Assembly (NCBI RefSeq): GCF_009914755.1
Contig: NC_060928.1
Reading direction: 5' to 3' (one strand)
Length of the DNA stretch: 64,000 bases
Source of the DNA: the human T2T-CHM13v2.0 reference genome, Homo sapiens
The notes beneath the pieces are model-generated. The model searched no databases. It worked only from the letters and a program-made list of their open reading frames with translations, and was not told the origin of the DNA. A program made the translations under genes and the position numbers. This document shows positions 26,057-38,435 of this stretch, in pieces; positions within the stretch are counted from its first letter, which is position 1, and every line of letters starts with the position of its first letter.

Positions 26057-26681
26057 TATCGATGAAGAGTCAAACCCTGTAAAATATTTGAAGAGACTTA
26101 TTCTGAGCCAAATATGAGTGACCAGTGACCCATGACACAGCTCCCAGGAATTCCTAAGAATATGTGCCCAAGGTGGTTAGGCTACAACTGGATTTCATAC
26201 ATTTTAGGGAGACATAAGACATAAATCAATTCATGTAAGATGTACATTGGATTGGTCCAGAAAGGTGGGACAACTGCAAGTGGGGGCTTCCAGGTCATAG
26301 GCGGATTCAAAGGTTTTCTGATTGGCAATTGTTTGAAAGACTCATTCTCTAGAAACCTGGAACCAGTAGAAAGGAATGTCTGGGTTACAGTTATCATGCA
26401 GATGAAGCCTCCGGGTAGCAGGCTTCAGAGAGAATAGACTGTAAATGTTTCTTGCAAGACTTAAAGAGTCTGTGCTATTAATCAAAGTCTGTGTTTATGT
26501 TAATGTTTGTTCTGCAGTGCCTGAATTCCAAAAGAAAGGAGGCTGTAATGAGGCGTGTGTGACTCTCCCTTGCCATCATGGCCTCAACTAGTTTTTCAGG
26601 TTAACTTCGGAATGACCTTGATGGAGGAAAGAGGCCCATTCAGATGACTGGGTGGATTTAGATTTTTAGTTTTGGTTTACA
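26057..26681 (-). mobile_element. MER4-family solo LTR (MER4B-like)
   Basis: Homologous to 54070-54681; TSD-like ACTG / ATTG. Confidence 0.88.
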
Positions 26682-27532
26682 ATTGTTATCTGATTAAACT
26701 AGCATGAAATGGATTCATTTTCTGTTCTGCTAATTGCTGCAGTATATGGTGACTGGTTTCCAGTCTAATGGCAAGTACAAGAAATGCCCAGAAATAAATG
26801 TTAGCTATTTTTTTTTCTCAAGCATCTTTCAACCGAATATAATGATAAGATGGTAGAGGAAGGTGGCCAACACTTCATTAACTTGTCATTTATTAAAATG
26901 CTAAGGAGAAAACTGTTAACCTTTCAACTGATTATACAGAGGACAGTGTTCATGTTAATTAACTTTGCCCAAGAGGAAGAGAATTCAATCCACTCAGGTG
27001 TTAACGGAAAGCACCCTTTTGTCCTTTTTAAAAGAGAAAAAAGTGTGTCTAACAATAGCCTAATTTGCATCTATTCCTGACATTTCATGGAGGACTTCAT
27101 TATCCTCTGTTGTAAAAAGGAATTTCAATAATTGGAGGGGGTCTCTAACATATGAATAGGAAATGTGATTTAAGCAAATGGAGCTATTAGAATTTTTGGC
27201 ATTTGTCCCAAATTTTGTCATCCAGACTACTGTAGGGAAAGGTTTCTACTTTTACACTAATCCCAGAGACTAGAGGCTTATTGAAGTCCAGCAAAACTTC
27301 ATTACAGAAAGGATGCTGAAAATACAACAGAATTAAAGTACTCAGCTATAGGTAGAAGGAACAGATAGCAAGAGAAAAAAATAATATTCTAGGTTTTCAT
27401 TTTTAAAAATAGCAACTTTTAAGATTTATTTTTGGATAAGTGCAGATATGCTTCTATTTTTTATGCCTCTTCAAATCTATATCCACAATTTTGTACAATA
27501 AAAATTTCTTTTCATAATGATGACCTTGAAGT

Positions 27533-28315
27533 TGTGAAAGACCAAATACTTTGATCGGACAGCTAACAAGATGGCTTTATTCAAGTTATTGCAATAAGAA
27601 GAATATTCATTGATGAGAAATGTTAAAGAGAAATTTACTGGTTGGAATTAAATAGGCAAGAAAGACTTTGTTCAAGACTACTGAAATAGGGGAGAAAGGC
27701 TGAGTTCTTAGGTGGTGGACTGAGAGCTAGTGGAAAAGTGCTGGATAACCTTAGAGGGAGGTTGATCAATGTGATCAGGCATTTGTGTTTGCTAATTGAC
27801 ACTTATCTAAGATAGGCTCCTACCCTTTCACAGAGACGGGAGATATGAGTGCATCTTTATTGATAATTACGTTTCAAAGGAGTGGTTCACAGCTCTTTGA
27901 AAAAGACTTGGGTTGTAAAATAGGCAAGAGGCTGAGAGAAGATTTATATCTCCAAGAGACACAGAAACATTTTTATAATTGCAAGTATTCTAAAACAAAT
28001 GCTCTAAGCAAAGGGAGGTCAGGGGCCTATAGTAAGGTAGAAACTTGCCTAAAATTAAATCAAACTGAGAGGAATGTTAAAGTGGTTTTGGTTAGGAGCA
28101 TCTCTTAAGAGGGAGAAAGGGGTTTTATAAAACAAGGGAGTCATTGAGGGAGTGGGGAGGTGGATCTTATCTAATTCATGGAGAAACAGTAGGAGTTATA
28201 CTTCTCGCAGAATATGTAAGGGCCATTTCTCAGATCACAAAAGGATGGGAGTAGTTTTTAACCTTTCTAAACCAGCTCATTGAGAGAACACAAGGTGAAG
28301 TTCAGAATCATTAAG
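27533..28315 (-). mobile_element. Old ERV1-type LTR interrupted by a second LTR
   Basis: TG start and TTTATT (AATAAA on minus) at about 27577; purine-rich LTR-like sequence resumes after 28094. Confidence 0.4.
27621..28094 (-). mobile_element. MER67-like ERV1 LTR
   Basis: Minus-strand AACATTCCTCTCAGTTTGATTT..CTATAGGCCCCTGACCTCCCTTTGCTTAGAGCATTT. Confidence 0.6.
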
Positions 28316-28720
28316 CCAATGCAAAATTTTCTTTGTTTAAAGGATGATTAAATTACCTTTAGTATATTGTGCTTTCTAGGCAGCAATTGTTTAGCAAGAT
28401 TTCCTCATAGTGGTACCTCATTGACTGGCATGTAACAGAGTCAACCCAATCTTCAGAAAATAGTCTGTTGCCTAAGCATTCTATTAATCAAAAATAAGTT
28501 TTACTGCACGGCACAAAGAATTTTTCTGTTTATGGTATTTTTCTTTTACAATTTCTTTTTTGTTGTTACTGTTGTCTGGTTTTTGTATGTTACTATTCTC
28601 TGCTTATTACTCATTCCCTGCTTATTCTTCCAATTTGTATTGCGCCTTATAGATTGTAAAATTTATGCTTATATCATCTCATCTGATACTTGTATCAATA
28701 CCCTGTAATGTAGTCAAGAG

Positions 28721-29080
28721 GAAGGCTTGGCTAACTTTTTCTGTAAAGGACTAAATAGCAATTTTTTTTTCTCCTTGTGGAGCAGGGCTAACCTATAGGC
28801 AGTGTGCCTAGAGTCAGCCTAATTATTTGAGGTTGCCATAAAGTCTCTATAAATTACTCAATTCTGCTGTCGTAGCATGAAAGCAGCCATAGTCAATACA
28901 TAAATGGATGAACAGTAATATATTTCAAAAAAATGTTATTTATGGACACTCACTTTTGAATTTCAGATAATTTTTCCTGATTCATGAAATATTATGATTT
29001 TTTTCAACTTTCCTTAACTCATGAGTCATATGAAAACAATGGCCAGGTTTAGCTTATGGGACACAACTTGCTGAGCCTTG
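28721..29080 (+). mobile_element. MER58 (MER58B-like) hAT-Charlie MITE
   Basis: AACTTTTTCTGTAAAGG..GTAGCATGAAAGCAGCCATAG; 8-bp TSD-like GTCAAGAG / GTCTAGAC. Confidence 0.8.
28762..28819 (-). other. Putative retrocopy of a 49-nt double-hairpin RNA plus oligo(A), inserted in MER58
   Basis: GGCTGACTCTAGGCACACTGCCTATAGGTTAGCCCTGCTCCACAAGGAG-A9 interrupts MER58 at an AT-rich site with similar flanks. Confidence 0.7.
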
Positions 29081-29099
29081 GTCTAGACAGTAATGATAG

Positions 29100-29420
29100 T
29101 TGAAGGTTTGAATATTACCTCCGCTGCTTAGTAACACTGACATCTTGGGTAAATTATTTTATTTTGAGTTCCATTTTCACATTTCATAGTGGAGATAATC
29201 TCTATATTACAGCTCTGTTGTGAGAATGAAACTAGATGGGAATAAATGAAATAAAATATAAAGTTTCCAGCACTTGTAATTTCTTAGAGTAGTATTCTCT
29301 TCTTTACGTTTGTGTTATGAATGAGGAACCTAAGTCTCAGAAGTTAAGTGATCTGTCCAAGACCACAGAGTTGTCAGTGGTAAACCTGCCACTTTCAGTT
29401 CAAGTCATTTTAACATTCAA
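29100..29420. mobile_element. Two MIR fragments in opposite orientation
   Basis: TCTGTTGTGAGAATGAAA on plus, then ATGAGGAACCTAAGTCTCAGAAGTTAAGTGA on minus. Confidence 0.55.
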
Positions 29421-30547
29421 TGGGCTCCTACCAGGCTGCCCTTTTTTCACATGACAACTATTTACAATCATCTCTTCCCCAGTCCCGGGCCTTTCTCGGA
29501 TGTAACTTGTGCAGCTCATTGCTTCCACTCCCTGTCTTCATCACTCTGTTCTTAGTGTTCTAAAATAAACATTTTTTGTGTGTGTTTGTTTTAAAAAATC
29601 CAAATGGTTATCACAAAACTTCGAGACAGGGCCTTGCTAATTCAACTGCTATTCCGCTAGGCTTCTACCCACTTGAGACCACCAGGTTTCTTAGAGTGGA
29701 AAAATTTATTTGTGTCAACTTACTTTTGCTTTTTGTTTTATATCAGGTAAGGATTCTCCTCTAGATTTATAGTGGAGACCTGACAGTGGAAATTTTGAGA
29801 TATTTAAGATAATCTTATTATAATACAGTACAAAGTGGCACATTATATTAAAAAATGCTAGCTTAATTTTTTAGCAATCTTTTCAATAAAATGTGAAAAA
29901 ACAGCCGGTTACATCCGGAATGCAAATAGCAGTGAAATGGGGCTGAAATGCGTAGTCTAGCGTTGAATACATTCTAGCTCCCATCTACCCAAGTCAGGAT
30001 TTAAAATGGTATTATTGCTGAAACCTCTTCCTGATGAATACATTTTCAGAGATGAATAATAATGTTCGGTAATTATAGCATGAAACTGAAATAATGCAGT
30101 TGAACTAGTCTTGGAAGAATGAAATGTTAGTAAATGTTCTGTTAGTACGGTATTTCCCCTAATTTCCTCCTTTCTCCTTTCTTTGTTTCAGACTTTGTTT
30201 CCCTGAAAGCCAGGAGACTACTGGGAAACCTATCAGAAATATGAGTTGACCAAGGCTAGCTTGTATTTAGGGGCAAAAAAATACGATTTTAATTGCAATC
30301 AATCCAAATACAGATAGGAATTCTAAAACATGGTTTTTCACAATGTGGTCCTAAGAATACTAAGTTAGCCAAATAGAATAGATATTACACGAACAATATG
30401 CTCTGTGGTCTGATATTAGGGAATTCTAGTTTAAACAAAGTTAAACGTAGGTCTTCCTAGAACTTTTTTTGTACTTCCTTTTTAAAAAAAATTTAATTTT
30501 TAATGGATATGTAATAGTTCTCCATATTAATGGGATATGTGTGATAT

Positions 30548-30880
30548 TGAGACAGCCAGGTGGGAGGGGGTACCAGGAAAAACTCCAACCAGCCTGCACA
30601 CTGGAGTGGAGCCTTGGGAAGTTTGCACTGTTTGCAGCCGGGAGGAGCCTGGCCCCTCCTCTTCCCTGGTGGAACCAGGGGTTCAAGCTGCAAGGCACAA
30701 AGCACTCTAGATGAACTCTGGCCTTGAGGAGGACGCCTGTTTCCTCTTTTTTCCCCCCCTTTTCGCCCAATAAAACCCTGCTTTACTCACCCTTCAAACC
30801 ATCTGCAAGTATAAATTTTCATGGCTGTGGAATGAAAAAGGACCCTGTTTTTAGCTGAACTAAGGAAGAATCCTGCAACA
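30548..30880 (+). mobile_element. MER61-family solo LTR
   Basis: TGAGACAGCCAGGTGGGAGGGG...AGCTGAACTAAGGAAGAATCCTGCAACA; 4-bp TSD ATAT. Confidence 0.8.
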
Positions 30881-31053
30881 ATATTTTGATGCAAGCACAC
30901 AATATGTAATGATCAAATCAGGATAATTAGGATAATTAGAATTGATCGTTTCTTTGTGTTAGGAATATTTCAGTTTCATTCTTCTAGTTACTTTGAAATA
31001 TACAATAAATGATTGTTAACTATATCACCCTATTGTGCCACCAAACACTAGAT

Positions 31054-31349
31054 TTTTTGAGATAGAGTCTCTCTCTGTCACACAGGCTGGAGTGGGCACC
31101 CACTGCTGGCATGATCTCAGCTTACCGCAACGTCCGCCTCCTGGGTTCAAGCGATTCTCCTGACTCAGCCTCCTGAGTAGCTGGGATTAAAGATGCATGA
31201 CACCACACTCAGCTAATTTTTGTATTTTTAGTAGAGACAGGGTCTCACCATGTTGGTCAGGCTAGTCTTGAACTCCTGACCTCAAGTCATCCTCCTGTCT
31301 CGGCCTCCCAAGGTGCTGGGATTACAGGCATGAGCCACTGCACCCAGCT
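31054..31349 (-). mobile_element. Alu (AluS-type), full length
   Basis: Dimer with TSD AAACACTAGAT (31043-31053 and 31351-31361). Confidence 0.95.
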
Positions 31350-31505
31350 GAAACACTAGATCTTATTCCTCCTACCTAACTGTATTCTTGTACCTATTAA
31401 CCAACCCCTTCTTATCCCCCCTTTCCCACTACTCTACCTACTGTCTCATAACCACCACTCTACTTCAAAACTTTTAATATTTTAAAATGCATTGTGAATC
31501 TCTAA

Positions 31506-32193
31506 TGTTATTGGCAGTGAATCTGTAAGAGTCTGCTGCAAACTCCATCCTTGCTTCCTCAGAGGAAATAATTCAGCTGAGGGGCAGAAGTAGGTGTAAG
31601 GCAGAGGGAGAGACTCAGGCAAGTTTTAGAGCAGGAGTGAAAGTTTATTAAAAAGTCTTAGAGCAGGAGCAAAAGGGAGTAAAGGACACTCGGAAGAGAG
31701 CCAAGTGAGTGACTTGAGAGAGTCAAGTGCCCTGCCCTGTTCGGCCCTTGAGTTGGCGTTTATACATTGGCATGGTTCCGGGGTTTGTGTGCCTTCTCCC
31801 TTGATTCTTCCCTTGTGGCAGGCTGTCCACATGCTCAGCGGCCTGTCAGCACTTGGGAGGGGCCACATGCGTAGTGTGTTTACTGACGTTGTGCTTGTGC
31901 TTACATGAGGTGTTTTTCCCTTACCAGTTGAGCCTTCTGCCATTTTGCCCCTTAATGTACATGCTTGACCCCACTTGCCCAACTCCTAAGATCTTATCAT
32001 AAAGCTGCCGATCAACAGCTTCAGATGTTTTCTATCTAATGAGAAACTCTCTTTCCCTGGTGACAGCGGTGACCAGTTATCATTTTAGAAAGACAGTTTA
32101 ACAACTGTCTAACCATCACCTGATAGTTGCCTGACATTTCTGGAGAAGTCCTCTCCTGCCCTGCTCATGCCTGCCTGACAACCTACTGTAACA
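31506..32193 (-). mobile_element. MER50 solo LTR, full length
   Basis: TG..CA with 4-bp TSD CTAA; AATAAA on minus near 31647. Confidence 0.88.
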
Positions 32194-32759
32194 CTAAGAC
32201 AGAGGTGTTTTAGGAAGCACTTTTTTTTTTTTAAATAGGAACTTATATTTAAAAGGGCCATCTCCAAGAAGATACAATGCTCAGAACAATTTTTAGGAAG
32301 TGGTAAGAGTATGCATGCTCCTTCCTAGCATTTTTCTACAGACAAAATAAAGTTAAATGAGCACTTACGTATTCAAATGCATATGCACGCTCTGTGTATA
32401 TGTATAATTAAAGAGGCAACTTTGTCAACCCTCAATTAGTTTGTGCGATGATTTAGAGTCCTTTGTAACACTGGTAGATAGTATCACTAGCATCTTCCCT
32501 CTGACTATGTCTTTGAGTCATGGATCATCTGCTTTTTAATAGCACAGAATCCTTAAGTCATGGAGCTAAGAGTAATTTCTCAGATTCAGTGTATTTGGGC
32601 AGTGGGGTCCAAATGTCAATCTAAGTATATGCCATTGTTTTTTCAGTCATATTTCTGTTTTGAACTGTATTTGTTGTTGAGATATGGTCATTATTTTAAA
32701 TAAGTAAAATCCACTGAAGTCTTTAATGCCAAAAAAGTGTTTAGTTTTCATAAACGTTT

Positions 32760-35700
32760 TATGTGGGTTTGAAAAGAATATACTGATTGCTGTGTTCTAT
32801 GTATGACCATTTGATCAAGATTTTCATTGGGTTGTTCAAATTTTTATATCTTTACTATCATTTTAATCTTTGTTTTGTCTATTAATGTGCCAAATGGGTG
32901 AATATTCTCCCCATTTTCCTAGTTGATTTGAAAATTTCTTTATGAAGTACTATTAACTTTTGCTTTATATGTGACTTTAATCATTATTACAATACATAGT
33001 TTTATAATTGTTATATCTTGATGGAATAAACATTTTATCAAATGCATTGAACTTTTTACTTCTAAGAAAACTTGCTTGCTCTTTTATCAGATATTAATAT
33101 AGCTTTAGTGTTTTCCTGCGATATGCTTTCTCAATAATCTACTTTCAAATTTTCTATGATTTTGTTTTATCAGTATATCTGCAATAAATAGAATATTGCT
33201 GAATTTCTCTTTGGTCAATATTCCTTTAATTTCTCTTTGATCAATATTCCTTTAATTGTTGAGTTTAATCCATATACAATTTACTGTGGGTTTTGATCAT
33301 GTACATTTTATTATAAACTTATTTTTTATTTCTATTTGTCCTATATTTTCTACTCCATACTTTTTATAATTGCCTTATTGAGATATAACTGACCTACAAT
33401 AAACCAAATGTATTTAAAACATATAATTACATAAGGATTGACCTACGTATATACTCATGAAGCCATCACAAAAATAAAAATAATAAACATCTCTCTTTCA
33501 AAAGTTCCCATTAGCCCTTTAACAATCCTTTTCTCCTACTTCTCCACACCTTCTCCACAGGCTACCCACTAGTCTCATTTTTGTAACTAAAGATCAATGG
33601 GCATTTTTAATATTTTATATACACAAAGTTTTTACAGTACATCCTTTCTTTGTTTGGCTTCTTTCACTCAGTATAATTAATTTGAGGTTCATCCATGTTG
33701 CAATATTTTTTCTATTTTAATGTTGGTCATTATATCATTGTGTGGCTATACTATAATTTGTTCATCCATTTACCTCTTGATAGATATTTTGGTTTGTTTT
33801 AAGTTTTTGGGCTATAACAAATAAGGTTCCTATGCATATTGTTCTACAAGTCTTGGTATGGACATATGCTTACATTTTTCTTGGGTAAAATACCTCAAAG
33901 TGGAACAGTTGCATCATATGTTAGATGTTTAACTTTCTAAGAAACTGCCAAATTGTTTTTCAAGGTGGTTGTACCACTCTCCATTTCCACCAGCAGTAGA
34001 TGAGGGCTCCACATTAGCACAAGGATTTGTGTGGCCAGATTTCTTAGTTTTAGACATTTTAACAGGTGTGTTATTGTATCTTGTTGTGGGCTTAAATTGC
34101 ATTTCCCTAATGATGAGTGAGGTTGAACATTTTTTCACATGCTTATTTGCCATTTCTCTGTCTTCTTTGGTGAAATGTCTATTCAAATCTTTTGCCCATT
34201 GTTGTAGAGGATTGTTTAGTTACTTATTACTGAGATTTGAGAGGTTTTTCTTTTAAAAAAATATATTCTGAATAAAAGTTATTTTTCATATATATTATTT
34301 TTAATCTTTTCTCCTAGTTTGTGGCCTGTCTTTTCACTCCCTTAACAGCATCTTTCTAAAAACAGATGTTTTACATTTTGATAGGTTCCACTTGATCCAT
34401 CTTTTCTTTAATGAAGAAGCTAAGAAATCTTTTGTCTATATGTTTCCTTTTCTATTCTGTTAATAAGGAATGTTACGTATTGAAATTATAATGGTAAACC
34501 TTGCATTACTGAGATAAACCCCACTTGGTCAGATATATTACCCTTGTTGTGAATTTTGGATTCAATTTGGTAATACTTTGTTAAATGTTTTTGCATCCAT
34601 ATTCATGAGAGATATTTTTCTGTAATGTCTTTTTTTTCTGGTTTTAGTATCAGCATAATGCTGGCTTCCAAAATGAGTTAGGTAAGTCCTCCCTCCTTTT
34701 CCACTTTCTAGAAAGGTCTGTGTAATATTGGTAATATTCCTTCCTTTAATGTTTGGTAGAATTTACAGTGAAGTGACGGGTTAAGAACTGATTTTGTGTT
34801 TTTGGAAAGTTTATAAATTCAAGTTAAATGTCTTTAATAGGTACACTTCTATTCTTCTTGAGTTAGTATTAGCAGCCAGTGTCTTATAACAAATTTCTTC
34901 ATTTAATCCAAATTATTAGGTTTATTCTATAAAGGCTGTCATAATATTACCTTATTATTCTTTTTAATATCGGTAGCATCAGCAACTGTATCAACTCTCA
35001 TTCCTGATATTGCCAATTTGTATCTTCTTTTGCTTTTCACTGATTATTCTGGCTAGAGATTTATTAATTTTATTTATCTTCTCCAAGAGCCATCTTTTGG
35101 TTTCTTTCATAATTTTTTATTTTCTAAAGCAGTGGTTTCTGCTTTATCTTTATATTCCCTTTCTGATTCTTAATTTAGCTTAATGTGTCATTCTTTTTAA
35201 GATCAAAGCTGAGGTAATTTATTCAAGAGCTCCCCTCTTTTCTTCTATAAGAATTCATCACTAAGTGTGGAAATTTAGGTTGATATTTTTTCTTTCAGTA
35301 CTCTAAAGATATTGCTCTATCCCCTTTTGGTTTGCATTGTTTCTGACATGAAGTCATCTTGTTTTTGACCCTCTGTATGTATTATATATATTTTTCTCTT
35401 ATGTTTAAGATTGTAATTTTTTGTCACTGGTTTTAAGAAAGTTGATTACAGTGTGCTTTGGTGTGGTTTTCCTCATTCTCCTTGGGCTTAGAGTTGACTA
35501 AGATTTTTGATATATTTATAGCTTTCATCAAATTTGGAAAATTTTTAGTCATATCTTCAAATATTTCTGGCCCCCTCTCCAATTTAGGGATCTTCAGTTT
35601 CTTACATATTATGTTGCTTTAATTTATCCCATAGGTAATTGATGCTTTGTTCATTTTTTTCACTCTTTTTCTTTCTGTGTTTCATTTCAGATGATTCCAT

Positions 35701-36820
35701 TGCTATGTCTTCAACTTCAGTAATCATTTGTTCTGTAATATTTAATCTGCTGTTAATCCTATATATATCTTTTTCACTTCAGCCAATTGAGTTTTCATCT
35801 ATAAGTTTGACTTGAGTCTTCAAAAAATTATATTATCTTAATCCGATTCATCTTTCTCTACCTTCATGAATATGTGACATATACTTACAATAACTGTTTT
35901 AATGTCCTTGTCTATTAATTACATCATTGGTACCATTTTTGAGTTGGGTTTTGTAGATCAACTTCTTTTTTCATTATGGATCATATTTTTCTACTTTTTG
36001 TATACATTGTAATGTTTTATTGGGGGTTAGACGTAGTGATTTGATCTTGTTGGTTGCTGGATACATTCCTGTTCTTATAAGTAGTCTTGAGCTTTGTGTC
36101 AGATGCAACTATGTTGCCAGGAAACATTTTGATCCTTCTGGGTCTTGCTTTTAAGTTTAAGTGGGATAGGACAGTATTTCGTTTGGGCTAATTTTACCCT
36201 ACTATTGAGGCAAAATTGTTTTGAGTATTCTACTGGACCCTTCATGAGTAATGAGGTTTTGTGTGCTATTGTGGCAGGACTTTTCATTAGCTCTTCTAAA
36301 GACAGGGTCCTTGTCAGATGGCCATGAAAATTTAGTCTCACAGCCCATTTGAAGGGTGAGTAGGGCAGGGTTTATTGGGTGAAAAGAAAGAAAAAGGGGA
36401 AACAGAGACTCTTGGTGAAGTGAGAGAGTGTCCTTCCTGCCAGTGGGCTTCCTGACTCACAGACTGAATCCCAGGTTCCACCCAGGAAGAGGAGGGGCCA
36501 GGATCAACCTGGCTGCAAACAGCGCAAACTTCTGTGGCTCCACCCCAGTGTGCATTCCTCCCAGTGCGTAGTCTGGCTAAAGTTTTGCCAGGGAGACTTT
36601 TCCATCTGGCTGTCTCAATATCTGCCGTGAACAGGATTTTTTTCAGCCCCACCTGAACCCCAGGCATTTTTCCTGCCTTTAGGTGTTTTCTTCCAGTGCA
36701 TATGCTGATCAATACACAGTTGAAGAATCAAGGTACACCCTCTGCAGATGTCAAGGACTCTCTCTGTGTGGCACTTTTTTTTTTTTTGTCCTCTTTATTG
36801 AGACGTGTAGCTGCTTTGTC
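32760..36820 (-). mobile_element. Mosaic of old L1M fragments (nested L1MB/MC 3' end from about 33360)
   Basis: ORF 33929-34186 is an L1 ORF2 C-terminus ([21 protein letters not shown]); T-rich antisense L1 sequence. Confidence 0.75.
36270..36617 (-). mobile_element. MER61-family solo LTR
   Basis: Reverse-complement homolog of 30548-30880; TSD-like CTAT / ATAT. Confidence 0.8.
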
Positions 36821-36849
36821 TCTCCATCCTGAATTTGAAAAACTATTAG

Positions 36850-37050
36850 ATGGAGGCTAGAGTTCAATTTAGATAACTAGACTTAAATATAAAGTTAGGC
36901 ATTATAAACAAAGATAGTATATTTAAAGCTATGGGATGGCATGACATTAGCAGGGGAGTTAGTGTTGACAGAGAGGACTAAGACATTGAACCCTGTGGGA
37001 CTCCAACATTGAGTCTGAGGCAAGAGGTGGAACCATCAGAGAAGACAGAA
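36850..37050 (-). mobile_element. L2 internal fragment
   Basis: GTATATTTAAAGCTATGGGATGG..GAACCCTGTGGGACTCCAACATT. Confidence 0.55.
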
Positions 37051-37571
37051 ATACAATTATTTTGACTTCTTAATATTTTCCATACTTTACCCTTAAGTTA
37101 CATTTATAAGAAAACACCGTATTCTAAATAATTATTTATAAAAATACTTTATTCTGAATACTCAGAAATTTTATGTAGTCTATTGAATCAGATATTTACA
37201 TGTATAGTTTATCATATGGCCAGCAGTATAAGTCTTCTTTCATATTAATTAGTATTAACAATTTTAGACTGAGAAAGAGGCAGAAATTGTCTCTACAATA
37301 AATAGTAAATTAAAGGCATGTCATCTTTAGATCTAGTTTTGTTTTTTCTTTTATTTCAGTTTTGCATTATAGCTATTCCTAAGGAAGTGAACCCCTGATG
37401 TGATCTGAGGATCACATTCACCTGCATCAGAATTACCTGCAATTGCTTGGTAAGCATGCTGAATACTAGAATCTATCCTAGATTTGGAAGATCCATGAGT
37501 TTTCATTTTTATCATCATCTTCCGCTGATTCTTAGGTACTGTCAAGTTGGAGAACTTGTGCTTCATTCTGC

Positions 37572-37746
37572 CAGTGGTTCTGAACTTTTATTGTGCACTG
37601 AAATCACTTGGGACTTTAAAAAAATACTGATGCCTATCCTCTACCCACAGAGATTTTGATTTAACTGATTTGGATTGGGGCTGGGATGCCTGTATTTGTA
37701 GGCCTTTCAAGCAATTCTAATGTGCAGCCAGAATTGAGAACCACTG
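37572..37746. mobile_element. MER5-type hAT-Charlie MITE (a second decayed copy lies at about 37400-37560)
   Basis: CAGTGGTTCT ... AGAACCACTG perfect terminal inverted repeats. Confidence 0.8.
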
Positions 37747-38435
37747 TGTTACGGTGGAGTATGAGGACATGGTAAATTGGTACAAATCCTTCAGGTCATC
37801 AAGGAAATCTGAATGGTTTCTTTAAACAGGCAATGTAGCTGAATGCAGCAAAAGTGAGTGAAGGAAAACCCAGCTATTTTCATAGATCAGGTACTTAATA
37901 GATCAAATACAGAAAGTTAGACTTGTGTGGGATAATTTGTTATAAAAAGTAATGTTAAGAATGACAGCTGAGGTAAAAAGATGCTATCATCTCAAATGAA
38001 CTCAGAGGTTTCTGTACATGGGTTTTAAAGCTGGAACATCAGTGGATGCTAGTTTTACTGATCTTAAGGTGGGGTTTGCTTTCTTTACCCTATTTTGTAA
38101 TATCTGCTGTGTGAATGGCTTAGGGATTAGAGACTTTTCTTTTAATACCAGAGAGCATCAATGCTCTATGCACCCTGGATAAGACAGAGGCAAATGTATA
38201 TAGATTTAGTCAATGAACAAAGTTCTGTTTGCTACTACCTGTGATGCTGTGGCCTCTTCCTGTTATATAGCATTTCCTTTGACTAAATGGTCATTTGTAG
38301 TATATAAAATCTTGCTAACAATATCTCACTGACCCACTTCCCAGTATAGACTAGCATAGCATTTTTAGACATACAACTTTAAGGAGGAGTGTATTCTTTC
38401 AATGTCAGACATTTCCTTAAAATGTTTTAGGCATT

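Larger units (their letters stand above)
30490..31470 (-). mobile_element. L1MA 3' end interrupted by MER61 and an Alu
   Basis: L1 sequence GTGTGATAT|TTTGATGCAAG..TGTAATGATCAAATCAGG is contiguous across the insertions. Confidence 0.8.

Noticed and set aside
28771-28819. The double hairpin as an HDV-like or hammerhead ribozyme, or a tRNA
   Set aside because: I could not identify a nested double pseudoknot, a CUGANGA/GAAA core, a cloverleaf or A/B boxes, so it is kept only as an unclassified structured RNA
33204-33256. Short tandem duplications (26-bp unit here; similar ones near 21100, 41935, 53330 and 60018) as possible CRISPR-like arrays
   Set aside because: Only 2-3 adjacent units without unique spacers; these are ordinary slippage duplications in eukaryotic DNA
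30548-36617. Two inverted MER61 LTRs as the ends of one composite element
   Set aside because: They are in opposite orientation, each has its own TSD, and only L1/Alu/MER50 sequence lies between them, so they are independent solo LTRs
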